A model generated the notes under the pieces. It did no database searches. It saw only the letters and a list, made by a program, of their open reading frames with translations, and was not told the DNA's origin. DNA of 64,000 nt from an uncultured Actinomycetota bacterium. GTDB lineage: Bacteria; Actinomycetota; Actinomycetes; Mycobacteriales; Nakamurellaceae. Shown piece after piece: positions 16,089-27,327 of this stretch. Position numbers and translations under genes: made by a program. The stretch is taken from the NCBI GenBank assembly GCA_963766015.1, contig CAVXYU010000040.1, positions 137,640 through 201,639 of the forward strand, given 5' to 3'. Within the stretch, counting starts at the first letter, position 1, and each line of letters begins with the position of its first letter.

Positions 16089-18275
16089 GTGGCGCTCGCC
16101 CTCTACCGCAAATACCGACCCGCGACCTTCTCCGAGGTGGTGGGGCAGGAGCACGTCACCGAGCCACTTCGAACAGCGCTCGCCGCCGGCCGGATCAATC
16201 ACGCGTATCTGTTCTCCGGCCCGCGGGGCTGCGGTAAGACGTCATCGGCGCGGATTCTCGCCCGCTCGTTGAACTGCGTCCAGGGCCCGACTCCCGACCC
16301 GTGCGGGGTGTGCCTGTCCTGCATCGCGCTGGCGCCGGAGGGCCCGGGCTCGCTGGATGTGGTGGAGCTGGACGCGGCCAGCCACGGCGGTGTCGACGAC
16401 ACCCGTGACCTGCGGGACAAGGCGTTCTACATGCCGTCCGAGTCGCGGTACCGGGTCTTCATCATCGACGAGGCCCACATGGTCACCACGCAGGGCTTCA
16501 ACGCCCTGCTGAAGATCGTCGAGGAGCCGCCGGAGCATCTGGTCTTCATCTTCGCGACCACCGAACCGGACAAGGTGCTGACCACGATCCGGTCGCGCAC
16601 CCACCACTACCCGTTCCGGCTGATCCCGCCGACCACCCTGCGCGCGCTGCTGGAACGGTTGTGCGCCGAGGAAGGCGCGATCGTCGAGCCCGCGGTCCTG
16701 CCGCTGGTGATCAGGGCCGGCGGCGGTTCCGCCCGCGATTCGCTGTCCGTGCTCGACCAGCTGCTCGCCGGCGCCGGACCGGAAGGCGTGACCTACCGCA
16801 GTGCGGTCGCCCTGCTGGGCGTGACGGACGCCGCACTGATCGACGAGGTGGTCGACGCGCTGGCCGCCGGCGACGGAGCCTCGGTGTTCGGGGCCGTGGA
16901 CCGGGTGGTGGAGGCCGGGCACGACCCACGCCGGTTCGCCGCGGACCTGCTGGAGCGGCTTCGCGACCTGGTCATCCTCAATGCGGTGCCCGGGGCGGTC
17001 GGCAAGGGCCTGATCGATTCCCCCGAAGACGAGCTGGCCGCCATGGTCGGTCAGGCCGACCGGCTCGGGATCGCAACGCTCACCCGCATGGCGGAGGTGC
17101 TGCACACCGGCCTGGTGGACATGCGGGGCACCACCTCGCCGCGGTTGGTGCTCGAGCTGCTCTGCGCCCGGATGCTGCTGCCCGGTTCCGCGTCGGGTGA
17201 TCCGTCGCTCCTGCAGCGGCTGGAGCGCATGGAACGCCGGATGGACATCGCCGGTGACCTGGGCGGCGCGAAGGTCCTGGGCGGCGTCGCGTCGGAGGCG
17301 TCCGTTCCGGCCGCGGGCGTTGCTGGGTCCCGTCCGCCCGTCCGCCCTCCGGCCCCGGCTAGATCGGCGGGCGAACCTCGGCCACCGGGCGGTCGCAACG
17401 ACCCACCACCGACGAGCAACGGGGCCCCGCGGGTCGACGTTCCGACCACCGGGCCACCGGCCGCGACCGATCGACCTGACCCGCCCGCGACGCGACCGTC
17501 CGCGCCGCGGAAGCCGGCGAGTGGGCCGGACCTGGGGCTACCGAAACCACCCACCCTGAGTTCGGCCCGACGCGGGCCCACCCCCGCGTCGAAGACCGAC
17601 GAACGGACCTCGACCCAGCAGCGGCAGCCGACCCAGGGAACCGGCGGCGCCCCGAACGCACCTGACGGTGCTGCTGCCACGCGGCCCGCCGCCGCACAGG
17701 ACGCTGCTGCCAACCAGTCCGGCGCCGCACACGGCGCTCCGGACACCGCGGTGGCCAACGATGCCCCCATCGCCGCTTCGAACATCGGCGTGACGGACGT
17801 CCGGCGGCTCTGGCCGGAGGTGCTGGTGGCGGTCAAGCGTCAGCGGCGCACCACCCAGGCGATCCTGGAGGCCGCGACCGTCATCGGGGTGGAGAACGGT
17901 CAGCTGCAGATCGCCATGCCGTCGGCGGTGATGGCGCGACGAGTGCTGGAGCCCAACAACTCCGACATCCTGCGCGCCGCCCTGAAGGAGATCCTCGGCG
18001 TCAACTGGACGATCCGGTGTGAGGCCGTCGGGGCGACCGCGGAACCCGCGTCCGGTCCGCCGCGTGGATCGACCGGTGGACCGCCGAGCGCCGCAATGGC
18101 GTCAACCGGAGCCGGGGACCCCCTTCCGCCTCCGCCGCCGGAGGACGACATCCCGGACGACTACGGCGAACCCGTCGACCCGAAGGCCGTCGCCGGCGTG
18201 CGGGACCCGGAGCAGACCGCAATTGCCCTGCTGTCCGAGCAACTCGGAGCGCGTCCCCTGGAACAACAGGGCTAG
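16089..18275 (+). CDS. dnaX: DNA polymerase III subunits gamma/tau
   Basis: ALYRKYRP, GPRGCGKTS, DEAHM, NALLKIVEEPP; long Pro/Ala linker. Confidence 0.97.
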   Translation: MALALYRKYRPATFSEVVGQEHVTEPLRTALAAGRINHAYLFSGPRGCGKTSSARILARSLNCVQGPTPDPCGVCLSCIALAPEGPGSLDVVELDAASHGGVDDTRDLRDKAFYMPSESRYRVFIIDEAHMVTTQGFNALLKIVEEPPEHLVFIFATTEPDKVLTTIRSRTHHYPFRLIPPTTLRALLERLCAEEGAIVEPAVLPLVIRAGGGSARDSLSVLDQLLAGAGPEGVTYRSAVALLGVTDAALIDEVVDALAAGDGASVFGAVDRVVEAGHDPRRFAADLLERLRDLVILNAVPGAVGKGLIDSPEDELAAMVGQADRLGIATLTRMAEVLHTGLVDMRGTTSPRLVLELLCARMLLPGSASGDPSLLQRLERMERRMDIAGDLGGAKVLGGVASEASVPAAGVAGSRPPVRPPAPARSAGEPRPPGGRNDPPPTSNGAPRVDVPTTGPPAATDRPDPPATRPSAPRKPASGPDLGLPKPPTLSSARRGPTPASKTDERTSTQQRQPTQGTGGAPNAPDGAAATRPAAAQDAAANQSGAAHGAPDTAVANDAPIAASNIGVTDVRRLWPEVLVAVKRQRRTTQAILEAATVIGVENGQLQIAMPSAVMARRVLEPNNSDILRAALKEILGVNWTIRCEAVGATAEPASGPPRGSTGGPPSAAMASTGAGDPLPPPPPEDDIPDDYGEPVDPKAVAGVRDPEQTAIALLSEQLGARPLEQQG

Positions 18276-18303
18276 CGCAGCCGAGACCTGGGTCCCGGGA
18301 ACG

Positions 18304-18900
18304 TCAGCGCCCGGAATCGAACGGAACCTCGCGACCCAGCAGAGCGGCCAGTCGATCGATCGCAGGGGCGTCGCCCGCGGCGGTCTGTGGATCGGCGAAA
18401 CGCCGGCGGCCGGGTGGCACACGGCTCAGATTCTGCGCGGAGAAGACGATCTCCTGCTCCGCCAAATCGTCCGGAAAGTCGACCTGAGCTCCCGTCGCAG
18501 CCGCGAGATCCCAGCCGTGCACCAGCATCTCGACGATGCGCAGATGCAACGCCACCGCGCCGGGAATCGTGCCGAACGGAACGGTGATCATCCGGCTCAT
18601 CGCCTCCGGTGCGGAGAAGGCCTGCAGCAGAAGCTGTCCGGCGATGTCGAAGGCGGCAGGCACATCGGCGTCCGGGTTCTCGAGATACCTCGCCGTGTCG
18701 GCCGCCGTCGGCGGGGCGTCGGGGACGAGCGCGTCGGCGAACAGATGCTTGCCCAGGATGAGGTGCACGACCAGATCTCGCACGGTCCATTCTGAGCACG
18801 GCGTTCGGGCGGTCCACCCGGCGGGAGCCACGCCGGCGACCAGGCCGGCGCAGACCTGGGTGGCGCGGGCCAACTGATCGACGGATGCGGGTTCGGTCAC
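18304..18900 (-). CDS. TIGR03086-like metal-binding protein (mycothiol maleylpyruvate isomerase N-terminal/DinB fold)
   Basis: TPCSEWTVRDLVVHL, LVHGWDLAAATG, DRLAALLGR; start uncertain. Confidence 0.85.
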   Translation of the reverse strand: MTEPASVDQLARATQVCAGLVAGVAPAGWTARTPCSEWTVRDLVVHLILGKHLFADALVPDAPPTAADTARYLENPDADVPAAFDIAGQLLLQAFSAPEAMSRMITVPFGTIPGAVALHLRIVEMLVHGWDLAAATGAQVDFPDDLAEQEIVFSAQNLSRVPPGRRRFADPQTAAGDAPAIDRLAALLGREVPFDSGR

Positions 18901-19144
18901 GACGCGAACACTGCCGTGGATAGGTCGACACGTCCAGCACTGGCACCGGTGACCGGCGCAGCCGTCGCGCCGGGCACAGTCCCGATCCCGACTCGATCCC
19001 TCCCGACGTCGTCGGGACGCCTCGCTCAATGACTGAGTGTGCGGGCAGATGAGGACAAGTTCGGCAAATGGGTGTATCTATGACCTTCATCACTACCGAG
19101 AGTCACCTCGACTCGAGTGCGCATTTGAGTGACTGCAGGGGGAG

Positions 19145-21250
19145 ATGGACATGACAGAGGAACACCTCGCCAGTCCGGCCGGTGTCGGACGGCGCACGGT
19201 CTTCAAAGCCGCCGGCGCCGGGTTCGGGTTGTACTTCCTGGCTTCCCTCGGCGGAAGACCGGTTGCCGTTCAGGCTGCAGCCGCCCAAGGCTCGACGCTG
19301 CTGGCGCCCCATCGGATTCCGAAGTTCGGAACACCGGTGCTGATCCCGCCGGCGATGCCGAAGGCCGGCGTCGTCCGTACCGGAGACGGCGCGATCGCCG
19401 ACTACTACGAGATCTCGATGCGGCAGTTCCAGCAGCAGATCCTGCCGGCTTCGTTGCCACGCACCACCGTGTGGGGATACGGGCCATACGGCGGGGCCGG
19501 TCAGGGTGCCGACGCACTGCACAACGCCCCGAGCCTGACGATCGAGGCGCAGTGGGGCCGACCGGTCAGGGTGCGATGGATCAACGAGCTCATGACCCGC
19601 CGCGGACGATCACTTCCGCACCTGCTGCCGGTCGATCCGACGCTGCACTGGGCGAATCCGGCGGGGGGCATCGAGCATCGCGACACCAGACCGACGTTCG
19701 AGGCGACCCCCGGCCGCTATCGCGGACCGGTTCCGATGGTGACCCATATGCACGGGTCGGTCGGCGTGGGAGACGAGAGCGACGGGTATCCGGAGGCCTG
19801 GTACCTGCCCGCTGCCACCGACATTCCGGCAGGTTTCGCCCGGCAGGGCACGTGGTACGAATTCTTCAAAGGGAAGGCGCGCAGCGGTTTCGGTGCGTCC
19901 TGGCGTCCGGGCTCAGCGACGTTCCAGTATCCGAACAGCCAGCGGGCGTCGACCCTCTGGTACCACGACCACACCCTCGGGATGACGCGGCTCAATGTCT
20001 ATGCCGGACCCGCCGGCTTCTTCCTGATCCGTGGTGGGCCAGAGGGCGACGACGCAGTTCGCGACGTTCGCACCGGCCGGCGGGCAGTACTCCCGGGACC
20101 GGCACCGAGACAGGGCGATGGCACGCCCAGGAAGTCCTATGCCGAGATCCCGTTGGCCATCCAGGATCGGTCGTTCAACGAGGACGGTTCCCTGTTCTAT
20201 CCGGATTCCCGAGAATTCTTCGACGGAACGGTCGGCCCGTACATTCCGGCGGGAGATCTGCCACCGATCTGGAATCCGGAGTTCTTCGGGAACACGCTGA
20301 TGGTCAACGGCGCCACCTGGCCCCACTTGACGGTGCAGCGCAAACGTTACCGCTTCCGCCTGCTGAACGGCTGCGACGCAAGGTTTCTCGTTCTCGATTT
20401 CGCGCGGATTCCGGGCGTGAAGGTGTGGCAGATCGGTTCCGAGGGCGGATTCCTGCCCGCGCCGGTCGACGTCACGGGCATCAGGCGGGGCCGGCTACTG
20501 ATGGCGCCGGCCGAACGGGCCGACGTGATCGTCGACTTCTCCCGGGTACCGATCGGCCCCCACATCCTCGGCAACGTCGGTCCGGATGAGCCGTTCGGCG
20601 GTGGCGAACCGGATAACGACTTCGACCGCGCCGACCCGGACAGCACCGGACAGGTCCTGCAGTTCCGGGTCGTCCGAGCCACCGGCCACGACCCGAGCAC
20701 CCCGCCCGAGTTCCTGTCGCTGCCGCGCATCAGGCCGCTGACCGGTGGAGTGACCCGCCGCTTGGCACTGGTGGAAGAGATGTCGATGGACGCCGACGAC
20801 GCACCGATCGCGGCCCTGCTCGGCACGGTCGGCGACGACGGTCGGTACACGGCGAGAATGTGGAGCGAGCCGCTGACCGAGAACCCCGCGCCCGGGGCCA
20901 CCGAGCTGTGGGAGATCTACAACACCACCGCGGACGCGCATCCCATGCACGTGCACGACGTCTTCTTCCAGCTGGTGAACCGGCAGGCGATTGTCGTCGA
21001 CGAAGCGCAGCAGCGGGTGGAGATCGTCGCCTCGAGTGCTCCGCGTGCGCCGGAGCCGGCCGAAACCGGTTGGAAGGACACTGTCATCGCCTATCCCGGC
21101 GAGGTGACCCGAATCCGGATGCGTTTCGGCAAGGCCGGCCAGTTCGTCTGGCACTGCCACATCGTCGAACACGAGGACAACGAAATGATGCGGCCGATGC
21201 GTGTCGGCCCGGCCCAACACGGCCAGCCGACGGGCCACCACATGTCGTAG
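19145..21250 (+). CDS. Tat-exported multicopper oxidase (CotA/bilirubin-oxidase-like)
   Basis: GRRTVFK Tat motif; THMHG, WYHDH, HPMHVH, WHCHIVEHEDNEMM copper sites. Confidence 0.93.
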   Translation: MDMTEEHLASPAGVGRRTVFKAAGAGFGLYFLASLGGRPVAVQAAAAQGSTLLAPHRIPKFGTPVLIPPAMPKAGVVRTGDGAIADYYEISMRQFQQQILPASLPRTTVWGYGPYGGAGQGADALHNAPSLTIEAQWGRPVRVRWINELMTRRGRSLPHLLPVDPTLHWANPAGGIEHRDTRPTFEATPGRYRGPVPMVTHMHGSVGVGDESDGYPEAWYLPAATDIPAGFARQGTWYEFFKGKARSGFGASWRPGSATFQYPNSQRASTLWYHDHTLGMTRLNVYAGPAGFFLIRGGPEGDDAVRDVRTGRRAVLPGPAPRQGDGTPRKSYAEIPLAIQDRSFNEDGSLFYPDSREFFDGTVGPYIPAGDLPPIWNPEFFGNTLMVNGATWPHLTVQRKRYRFRLLNGCDARFLVLDFARIPGVKVWQIGSEGGFLPAPVDVTGIRRGRLLMAPAERADVIVDFSRVPIGPHILGNVGPDEPFGGGEPDNDFDRADPDSTGQVLQFRVVRATGHDPSTPPEFLSLPRIRPLTGGVTRRLALVEEMSMDADDAPIAALLGTVGDDGRYTARMWSEPLTENPAPGATELWEIYNTTADAHPMHVHDVFFQLVNRQAIVVDEAQQRVEIVASSAPRAPEPAETGWKDTVIAYPGEVTRIRMRFGKAGQFVWHCHIVEHEDNEMMRPMRVGPAQHGQPTGHHMS

Positions 21251-21268
21251 GCGGCCGCGGCCGCCGGG

Positions 21269-21898
21269 TCAGTGCCCGCGGACCACCCAGTCGTCCAGGT
21301 TGGGGGCCTCGGCGCCGATGGTGGTGTCGTCGCCGTGACCGGTGTGCACCGCGGTGGCGCCCGGCAGCGTCAGCAACTTGCGGCTGATGGAATCGATGAT
21401 CGTCGGGAAGTCGGAGAACGACCGCCCCGTCGCGCCGGGTCCGCCCGCGAACAACGTGTCGCCGGTGAACACCATGCCGAGCTCCGGGACGGAAAAGCAG
21501 ACTGCCCCAGGGCTGTGGCCGGGGGTGTGCAGCACCTGGACGCCGACGCCGGCCACCGTCAGGACCTGGCCGCCGTGCAACTCCGCACCCGGTTGCGAGG
21601 AGCTGTGCGTCATTCCCCACAGTGCGGCGTCGGCAGGATGCAGCCAGACGGTGGCTCCGGTCCGCTTGGCCAGGTCCGGGGCGGCGTTGATGTGGTCGTT
21701 GTGCCCGTGGGTGAGCAGGATGGCCTCCACCCGCCGACCGCCGACCTTCTCCAGGATCGCGTCGGCGTCATGGGCGGCGTCGATGATCACCACTTCGTCG
21801 TCGTCGCCGAGCAGCCAGACGTTGTTCTGAACGTCCCAGCTCCCGCCGTCGAGCGTGAAAGTGCCGTCGGTGACGACCTTGTCGATGCGCGCCGTCAC
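21269..21898 (-). CDS. MBL-fold hydrolase, Rv2260-like (putative S-formylmycothiol hydrolase)
   Basis: [56 protein letters not shown]. Confidence 0.85.
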   Translation of the reverse strand: MTARIDKVVTDGTFTLDGGSWDVQNNVWLLGDDDEVVIIDAAHDADAILEKVGGRRVEAILLTHGHNDHINAAPDLAKRTGATVWLHPADAALWGMTHSSSQPGAELHGGQVLTVAGVGVQVLHTPGHSPGAVCFSVPELGMVFTGDTLFAGGPGATGRSFSDFPTIIDSISRKLLTLPGATAVHTGHGDDTTIGAEAPNLDDWVVRGH

Positions 21899-23247
21899 AC
21901 GGTCACCCCGAGACCGGGATAGAGCGGGTGCGCGGTGGCCAACGCGGTGACCCGTGCCTGCAGTGCGGTTCTCACGGCGGGGTCGAGTTCGCCGACGGGG
22001 GCGGTGAGGGCGGCGGCGAGGATGTCGGCGACCTCGACGAAGTCGGTGTCGGTGAAGCCGCGGGTGGCCAGCGCGGGGGTGCCGATGCGAAGCCCGGAGG
22101 TGACCATCGGCGGCCGCGGGTCGAACGGCACGGCGTTGCGGTTCACGGTGATGCCGATGTCGTGCAGCCGGTCTTCGGCCGCACGCCCGTCGAGGTCGGA
22201 TTCGCGCAGGTCGACCAGGACCAGGTGGACGTCGGTGCCGCCGGTGAGGACCTGTACGCCGGCGTCGGAGACGTCGGACTGGATCAGCCGTTCGGCGAGC
22301 AGCCGGGCGCCGCGGATCGTCCGCTCGGCCCGCTCGGTGAAGGACGGGTCTGCGGCCATCTTGAACGCCACGGCCTTGGCCGCGATCACGTGCTCGAGTG
22401 GCCCGCCCTGTTGGCCGGGGAACACCGCGGAGTTGATCTTCTTGGCGATCGCCGGGTCGTTGGACAGGATGACGCCGCCGCGGGGGCCGCCGAGGGTCTT
22501 GTGGGTGGTGGTGGTCGTGACGTGCGCGTGCGGCACCGGGGAGGGGTGCAGCCCGGCGGCGACCAGCCCGGCGAAGTGCGCCATGTCGACCAGCAGGTAC
22601 GCGCCGACCTCGTCGGCGATCTCCCGGAACCGCTCGAAGTCCAGTTGCCGCGGGTAGGCCGACCAGCCGGCGATGATCAGCTTCGGTGAGTACTCGCGGG
22701 CCAGCCGGCCCACCTCGTCCATGTCGATCCGGTAGTCCTCTTTGGACACCTCGTAGGCCGCGACGTTGTACAGCAGCCCGGAGAAGTTGATCCGCATGCC
22801 GTGGGTGAGGTGCCCGCCGTGCGCGAGGGACAGGCCCAGGATGGTGTCGCCGGGCTTGATGAGCGCCTGCATGGCGGCGGCGTTGGCCTGCGCACCGGAG
22901 TGCGGCTGGACGTTGGCGAAGCCGGCCCCGAACAGGGATTTGATCCGTTCGATGGCGAAAGTCTCGATGACGTCGACGTTCTCGCAGCCACCGTAGTAAC
23001 GCCGGCCGGGGTAGCCCTCGGCGTACTTGTTGGTCAGCACGCTGCCCTGCGCCTGCATCACCGACACCGGTGCGAAGTTCTCCGACGCGATCATCTCCAG
23101 CGTCTCCTGCTGGCGACGCACCTCGAGCGCGATGTAGTGCGCGACCTCAGGGTCGGCGATCTCCAGCGGGGCGTTCAAGCCGGGCCAGGGCGCGGCCGCG
23201 GCCGTGGCCTCGTCGGCAATGGCAGCGGCGACATCGGTCGTCGTCAT
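21895..23247 (-). CDS. glyA: Serine hydroxymethyltransferase
   Basis: [36 protein letters not shown] (PLP lysine); GAGGGAG RBS before ATG 23247. Confidence 0.96.
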   Translation of the reverse strand: MTTTDVAAAIADEATAAAAPWPGLNAPLEIADPEVAHYIALEVRRQQETLEMIASENFAPVSVMQAQGSVLTNKYAEGYPGRRYYGGCENVDVIETFAIERIKSLFGAGFANVQPHSGAQANAAAMQALIKPGDTILGLSLAHGGHLTHGMRINFSGLLYNVAAYEVSKEDYRIDMDEVGRLAREYSPKLIIAGWSAYPRQLDFERFREIADEVGAYLLVDMAHFAGLVAAGLHPSPVPHAHVTTTTTHKTLGGPRGGVILSNDPAIAKKINSAVFPGQQGGPLEHVIAAKAVAFKMAADPSFTERAERTIRGARLLAERLIQSDVSDAGVQVLTGGTDVHLVLVDLRESDLDGRAAEDRLHDIGITVNRNAVPFDPRPPMVTSGLRIGTPALATRGFTDTDFVEVADILAAALTAPVGELDPAVRTALQARVTALATAHPLYPGLGVTV

Positions 23248-23492
23248 GGCAGGTCTCCCTCGATCAGCGTCTGGGCAGTGCCCGTTCAGCAGGCCGGATC
23301 TCCTGCCGTTCGCAGGCTCCACCGTAGTCGGCGACGTGGGTGGGAAAGAATCCGCTGATCGGCGGCAGCGGTGACGGCAGTGACTCTTCGCTGCGGTACG
23401 TCACAGTTCCGTAAGGGTCGCGCAGGCTCGCACACGGACGAAGCGGGCATGATCGGGTAACCCTCGCCGACCGGCCGAGCAGAGGAGTATTC

Positions 23493-24131
23493 GTGACGCG
23501 TCGCATGGTCATGCCCTTGCTGGTGGCCGTGGCAGCCGTGGTTCTGGGCGGCTGCGCCTCGCCCGCGTCGACCGGTGCCGCGCCGGCGCCGGCGAGCTCG
23601 CCAGCGGTTGCTGCGCCGACGCCCGCGAGTTCATCGGCGGGTGGGTCTGGCTCGCCCTCGGCTTCGGCGCCGGTCGGGCCGACCACCGCCGTCGAGCCGA
23701 CCAGCGTCGAGCCGGCCGCTGCGGCGGTCCCCGAACAACTCCAGTTCACCGCTACGACCCTCGACGGCGAGCCCTTCAACGGTGCGAACCTGGCCGGGAA
23801 ACCCGCGGTCTTCTGGTTCTGGGCACCATGGTGCCCCAACTGTCGTGCCGAAGCCCCGCAGGTCGCGGCCGCCGCCGCGGCCAATCCGGACGTCACCTTC
23901 ATCGGCGTGGCCGCCCAGGACGAGCTCCCCGCCATGCAGGCCTTCGTCACCGACTATGGCGTCGGCGGGTTCCAGCATCTGGCCGATCTCGACGCCGGCA
24001 TCTGGCAGCGATTCGGCGTGACCCTGCAGCCGGCGTACGCGTTCGTCGACGCGGACGGATCGATCGAGGTCGTCAAGAACAGGGTGTCCGCGGACGAACT
24101 CGCCAGCCGGCTCGCGCAGCTGACGGGCTGA
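23493..24131 (+). CDS. Thioredoxin-like lipoprotein (DsbE/DsbF/Mpt53-like)
   Basis: Lipobox VLGGC; WFWAPWCPNC; QPAYAFV. Confidence 0.9.
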   Translation: MTRRMVMPLLVAVAAVVLGGCASPASTGAAPAPASSPAVAAPTPASSSAGGSGSPSASAPVGPTTAVEPTSVEPAAAAVPEQLQFTATTLDGEPFNGANLAGKPAVFWFWAPWCPNCRAEAPQVAAAAAANPDVTFIGVAAQDELPAMQAFVTDYGVGGFQHLADLDAGIWQRFGVTLQPAYAFVDADGSIEVVKNRVSADELASRLAQLTG

Positions 24132-24141
24132 CCCGGACGCC

Positions 24142-25062
24142 ATGGACCTGGACACGCTCGGCTTCGCGGTGGCCGCCGGGTTGGTCGCCGCGCTCAACCC
24201 GTGCGGGTTCGCGATGTTGCCGGGTTACCTGTCGCTGGTCGTCGCAGGTGAGAGCACAGCAGGTGAGAGCACAGCGGGTGAGAGCACAGCGGACGAGAGC
24301 CGCTCCCGGAGCCGGGCTGTGGGCCGGGCACTTGCCGCCACCGCGGCGATGGCCACCGGGTTCGTGGTCGTCTTCGGGGCGTTCGGCCTCGTCATCGCCC
24401 CGCTGACCACCTCCGTCGAGCAGTACCTACCCGCCGTCACGGTGGTGATCGGCATCCTGCTGGTCGTTCTCGGCGGGTTCCTGCTCGCCGGCCGGGAGCT
24501 GACGATTTTGCTGCCGCGCCCAGGTCGAGGGGCGCCGACCCGACGGATCGGTTCGATGGTCGGTTACGGCATCGCCTATGCGCTGGCGTCGCTGTCCTGC
24601 ACGATCGGACCGTTCCTGGCCGTCACCAGCGCGACGTTCCGGACTGGCTCGGCCGTCGGTGGTCTCCTCGCCTACGTGGCGTACGGGATCGGGATGGCGA
24701 TCATGGTCGGCCTGCTCGCGGTCGCGACGGCGGTGGCCAGCTCTTCAGTGCTGACCGGAACCCGGCGGCTGCTGCCCTACGTCAACCGGATCAGCGGCGG
24801 CCTACTCGTCGTCAGTGGCCTGTACGTGACCTACTACGGCGTGTACGAACTGCGGCTCTTCGCCGGTGACGGCGATGCGAGCGACCCGGTCATCGACGCG
24901 GCAGGTCGGCTGCAGGGGGTTGCGGCGGGCTGGGTCGACACCGTTGGGGCGTGGCCCCTGCTCGTGGCCCTGTTGCTGCTGATCACCGCTGTCGCGGTGC
25001 TCGCCCGGATCCGCACCGCAAGATCGGCAGGGCCCCGGTCGGCAAACCGTGACGCGATGTGA
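24142..25062 (+). CDS. CcdA/DsbD-like thiol-disulfide transporter
   Basis: ALNPCGFAMLPGYL and ASLSCTIGPFL motifs. Confidence 0.9.
   Translation: MDLDTLGFAVAAGLVAALNPCGFAMLPGYLSLVVAGESTAGESTAGESTADESRSRSRAVGRALAATAAMATGFVVVFGAFGLVIAPLTTSVEQYLPAVTVVIGILLVVLGGFLLAGRELTILLPRPGRGAPTRRIGSMVGYGIAYALASLSCTIGPFLAVTSATFRTGSAVGGLLAYVAYGIGMAIMVGLLAVATAVASSSVLTGTRRLLPYVNRISGGLLVVSGLYVTYYGVYELRLFAGDGDASDPVIDAAGRLQGVAAGWVDTVGAWPLLVALLLLITAVAVLARIRTARSAGPRSANRDAM
24244..24300 (+). repeat. In-frame 15-bp tandem repeat (AGEST x3 + ADES) in a CcdA loop
   Basis: GCAGGTGAGAGCACA GCAGGTGAGAGCACA GCGGGTGAGAGCACA GCGGACGAGAGC. Confidence 0.8.
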
Positions 25063-25428
25063 CGGTCCGTGGCATCGGGTGTGCGCCAAGGTAACGATGC
25101 GGTGACGGCGGTCGTTTCGGGGTGAACTGGCGTTTACGGTGCCTTGAGCACGACGCAGCTGCGGCCCGTGACGGGGTGACAGGCGGCGCGTCGGGCGGTT
25201 CGGAACGGCTCTCGAGAGGCCGTGTCCCGCCTCGTCGGTGCAGACTCCTGCGGGCAAGCCTTCGGGCCTGACGGAGAGGTCGCGGCGAGCCGGCCACGAC
25301 CAGTTCGACCGCAGACGCTGTAGGCACCACCGCTGGAACGGCAACACCCGCTCGAAGAAAACACCCTGGTAACACCGCCGAGGTAGACACGCGGCGGTAC
25401 CGCAACGACAGCCTGGAGGTAGTCAAGC

Positions 25429-27187
25429 GTGAAACGCCATCTGTGGGTGGGGGCCGGCCTGGCCGGCGCCCTCGTCCTGACCATGTCAGCATGCGCGAGT
25501 TCGGACCGCGGCAGCGAGTCCAGCACCGCGAGCGCAACGAGCGGCGCAGAGGCCTCCGGATCGGCGTCCGGCGACGCCAGCGCGGCCGGCGGACCGGCTG
25601 ATCCGAACGGTCAGATCATCTTCGGCGCCGCCGGCGCGCCCAGCATGTTCGACCCGCTGTACGCCACCGACGGCGAGACGTTCCGGGTCGTCCGGCAGAT
25701 GAACGAGGGCCTGACCGGTTTCAAGCCCGGCACCGCCGACGTCGAGCCGGCGCTGGCGAAGTCCTGGGAGCAGTCCGCTGACGGCCTGACCTGGACGTTC
25801 ACCCTGCAGGAGGGCGTGAAGTTCCACGACGGAACGCCGTTCGACGCCGCGGCCGTCTGCTACAACCTGGACCGGATGTACAGCCAGACCGGCGCCGGCG
25901 ATCACCCAGGCGCAGTACTGGTCGGACACCATGGGCGGGTTCAAGGGCCAGAAGGACGACGACCGGCAAGGCCGTGCCCGAGCGTCTACGCCTCCTGCAC
26001 GGCCCCGACGCCGGCAACCGCGGTCATCACGCTGACCCGGTACACGTCGAAGTTCCCGTCCATCCTGGGCCTGCCGTCCTTCTCCATGCAGTCGCCGACC
26101 GCGCTGAAGCAGTACGACGCCAACAACGTCAAGGCCGAGGGTGACTCCTTCGTCTACCCGGCCTACGCCACCGAGCATCCGACCGGCACCGGACCGTTCA
26201 AGTTCCAGGCGTACGACAAGGCCAACAACACCGTCACCCTGGTCCGCAACGACGACTACTGGGGCGAGAAGGCCAAGTCCAAGACGCTGATCTTCAAGAT
26301 CATCCCGGACGAGACCGCCCGGAAGCAGGAACTGCAGGCCGGCACCATCGACGGCTACGACCTGCCGAACCCCGCCGACTGGGACGCGCCTGAAGTCCGA
26401 CGGCTTCAACGTCGCGATCCGGCCGGCGTTCAACATCCTGTACCTGGGCATCACCCAGAAGAACAACCCGGCGCTGCAGGACCTGCAAGGTGCGGCAGGC
26501 CATCGCCTACGCGCTGAACCGGCAGCAGTTCGTCGACTCGCAGCTGCCCGAGGGTGCCGAGGTCGCGCCGATCTTCTACCCGGACACCGTCGACGCCGTG
26601 GACCGAGGACGTCGCAGAAGTACGACTACAACCCGCAGAAGGCCAAGGACCTGCTGGCCGAGGCCGGGCAGAGCAACCTGACGGTCAACTTCTGGTGGCC
26701 GACCGAGGTGACCCGGCCGTACATGCCGGACCCGAAGAGCATCTTCACCGCGTTCAAGGCCGACCTGGAGGCCGTCGGCATCACCGTCAACGAGACATCC
26801 AAGCCGTGGAACGGTGGCTACCTGGACGGCGTCGAGGCGCAGCAGGCCGGATCTGTTCCTGCTCGGCTGGACCGGTGACTACAACACCCCGGACAACTTC
26901 ATCGGCACGTTCTTCACCCGACACCGACAACCGGTTCGACACCGGCAACGTCGCAGTGGGGCACCACGCTGTCGAAGGAGCTGAAGACCGCGGACGCCAT
27001 CCCGGACGAAACGCAGCGCAACGCGGCGTACGACAAGATCAACAAGAAGCTGATGGCGGAGTACCTGCCCGGCGGTGCCGATCTCGCAGCTCGCCGCCGG
27101 CGCTCGTGCTCGCCGGCGAACGTGCAGGGTATGGTCGCCGAGCCCACTGACCGACGAGAAGTTCGTCGCCGTCTACAAGAGCAGTAG
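25429..27187 (+). CDS. Peptide ABC transporter substrate-binding lipoprotein (family 5); several frameshifts
   Basis: Lipobox MSAC; EPALAKSW, GVKFHDGTPFDA, PTGTGPFK, VRQAIAYALNR split across frames; end approximate. Confidence 0.85.
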
Positions 27188-27327
27188 GTACCGCTCGGAC
27201 GGCGCGGCGGTGCGCACCGGAATCAGCTTCGATCATGGTGTGCACCGTCCGCTGTGCAATTTCGTGCCGGCCTGCCGGTGAGACGGGCAGCAGTGACGAT
27301 GAGTCCGCGCGGACTGGTTGGACCACC

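Noticed and set aside
17270-17790. Intein or insertion in dnaX
   Set aside because: It is a Pro/Ala-rich linker typical of actinobacterial DnaX, with no intein terminal motifs.
23248-23345. ZMP/ZTP (pfl) riboswitch upstream of glyA
   Set aside because: A CGTCTGGGC resembling the pfl 3' motif is on the wrong strand, and the 5' GACTGGCG element is absent.
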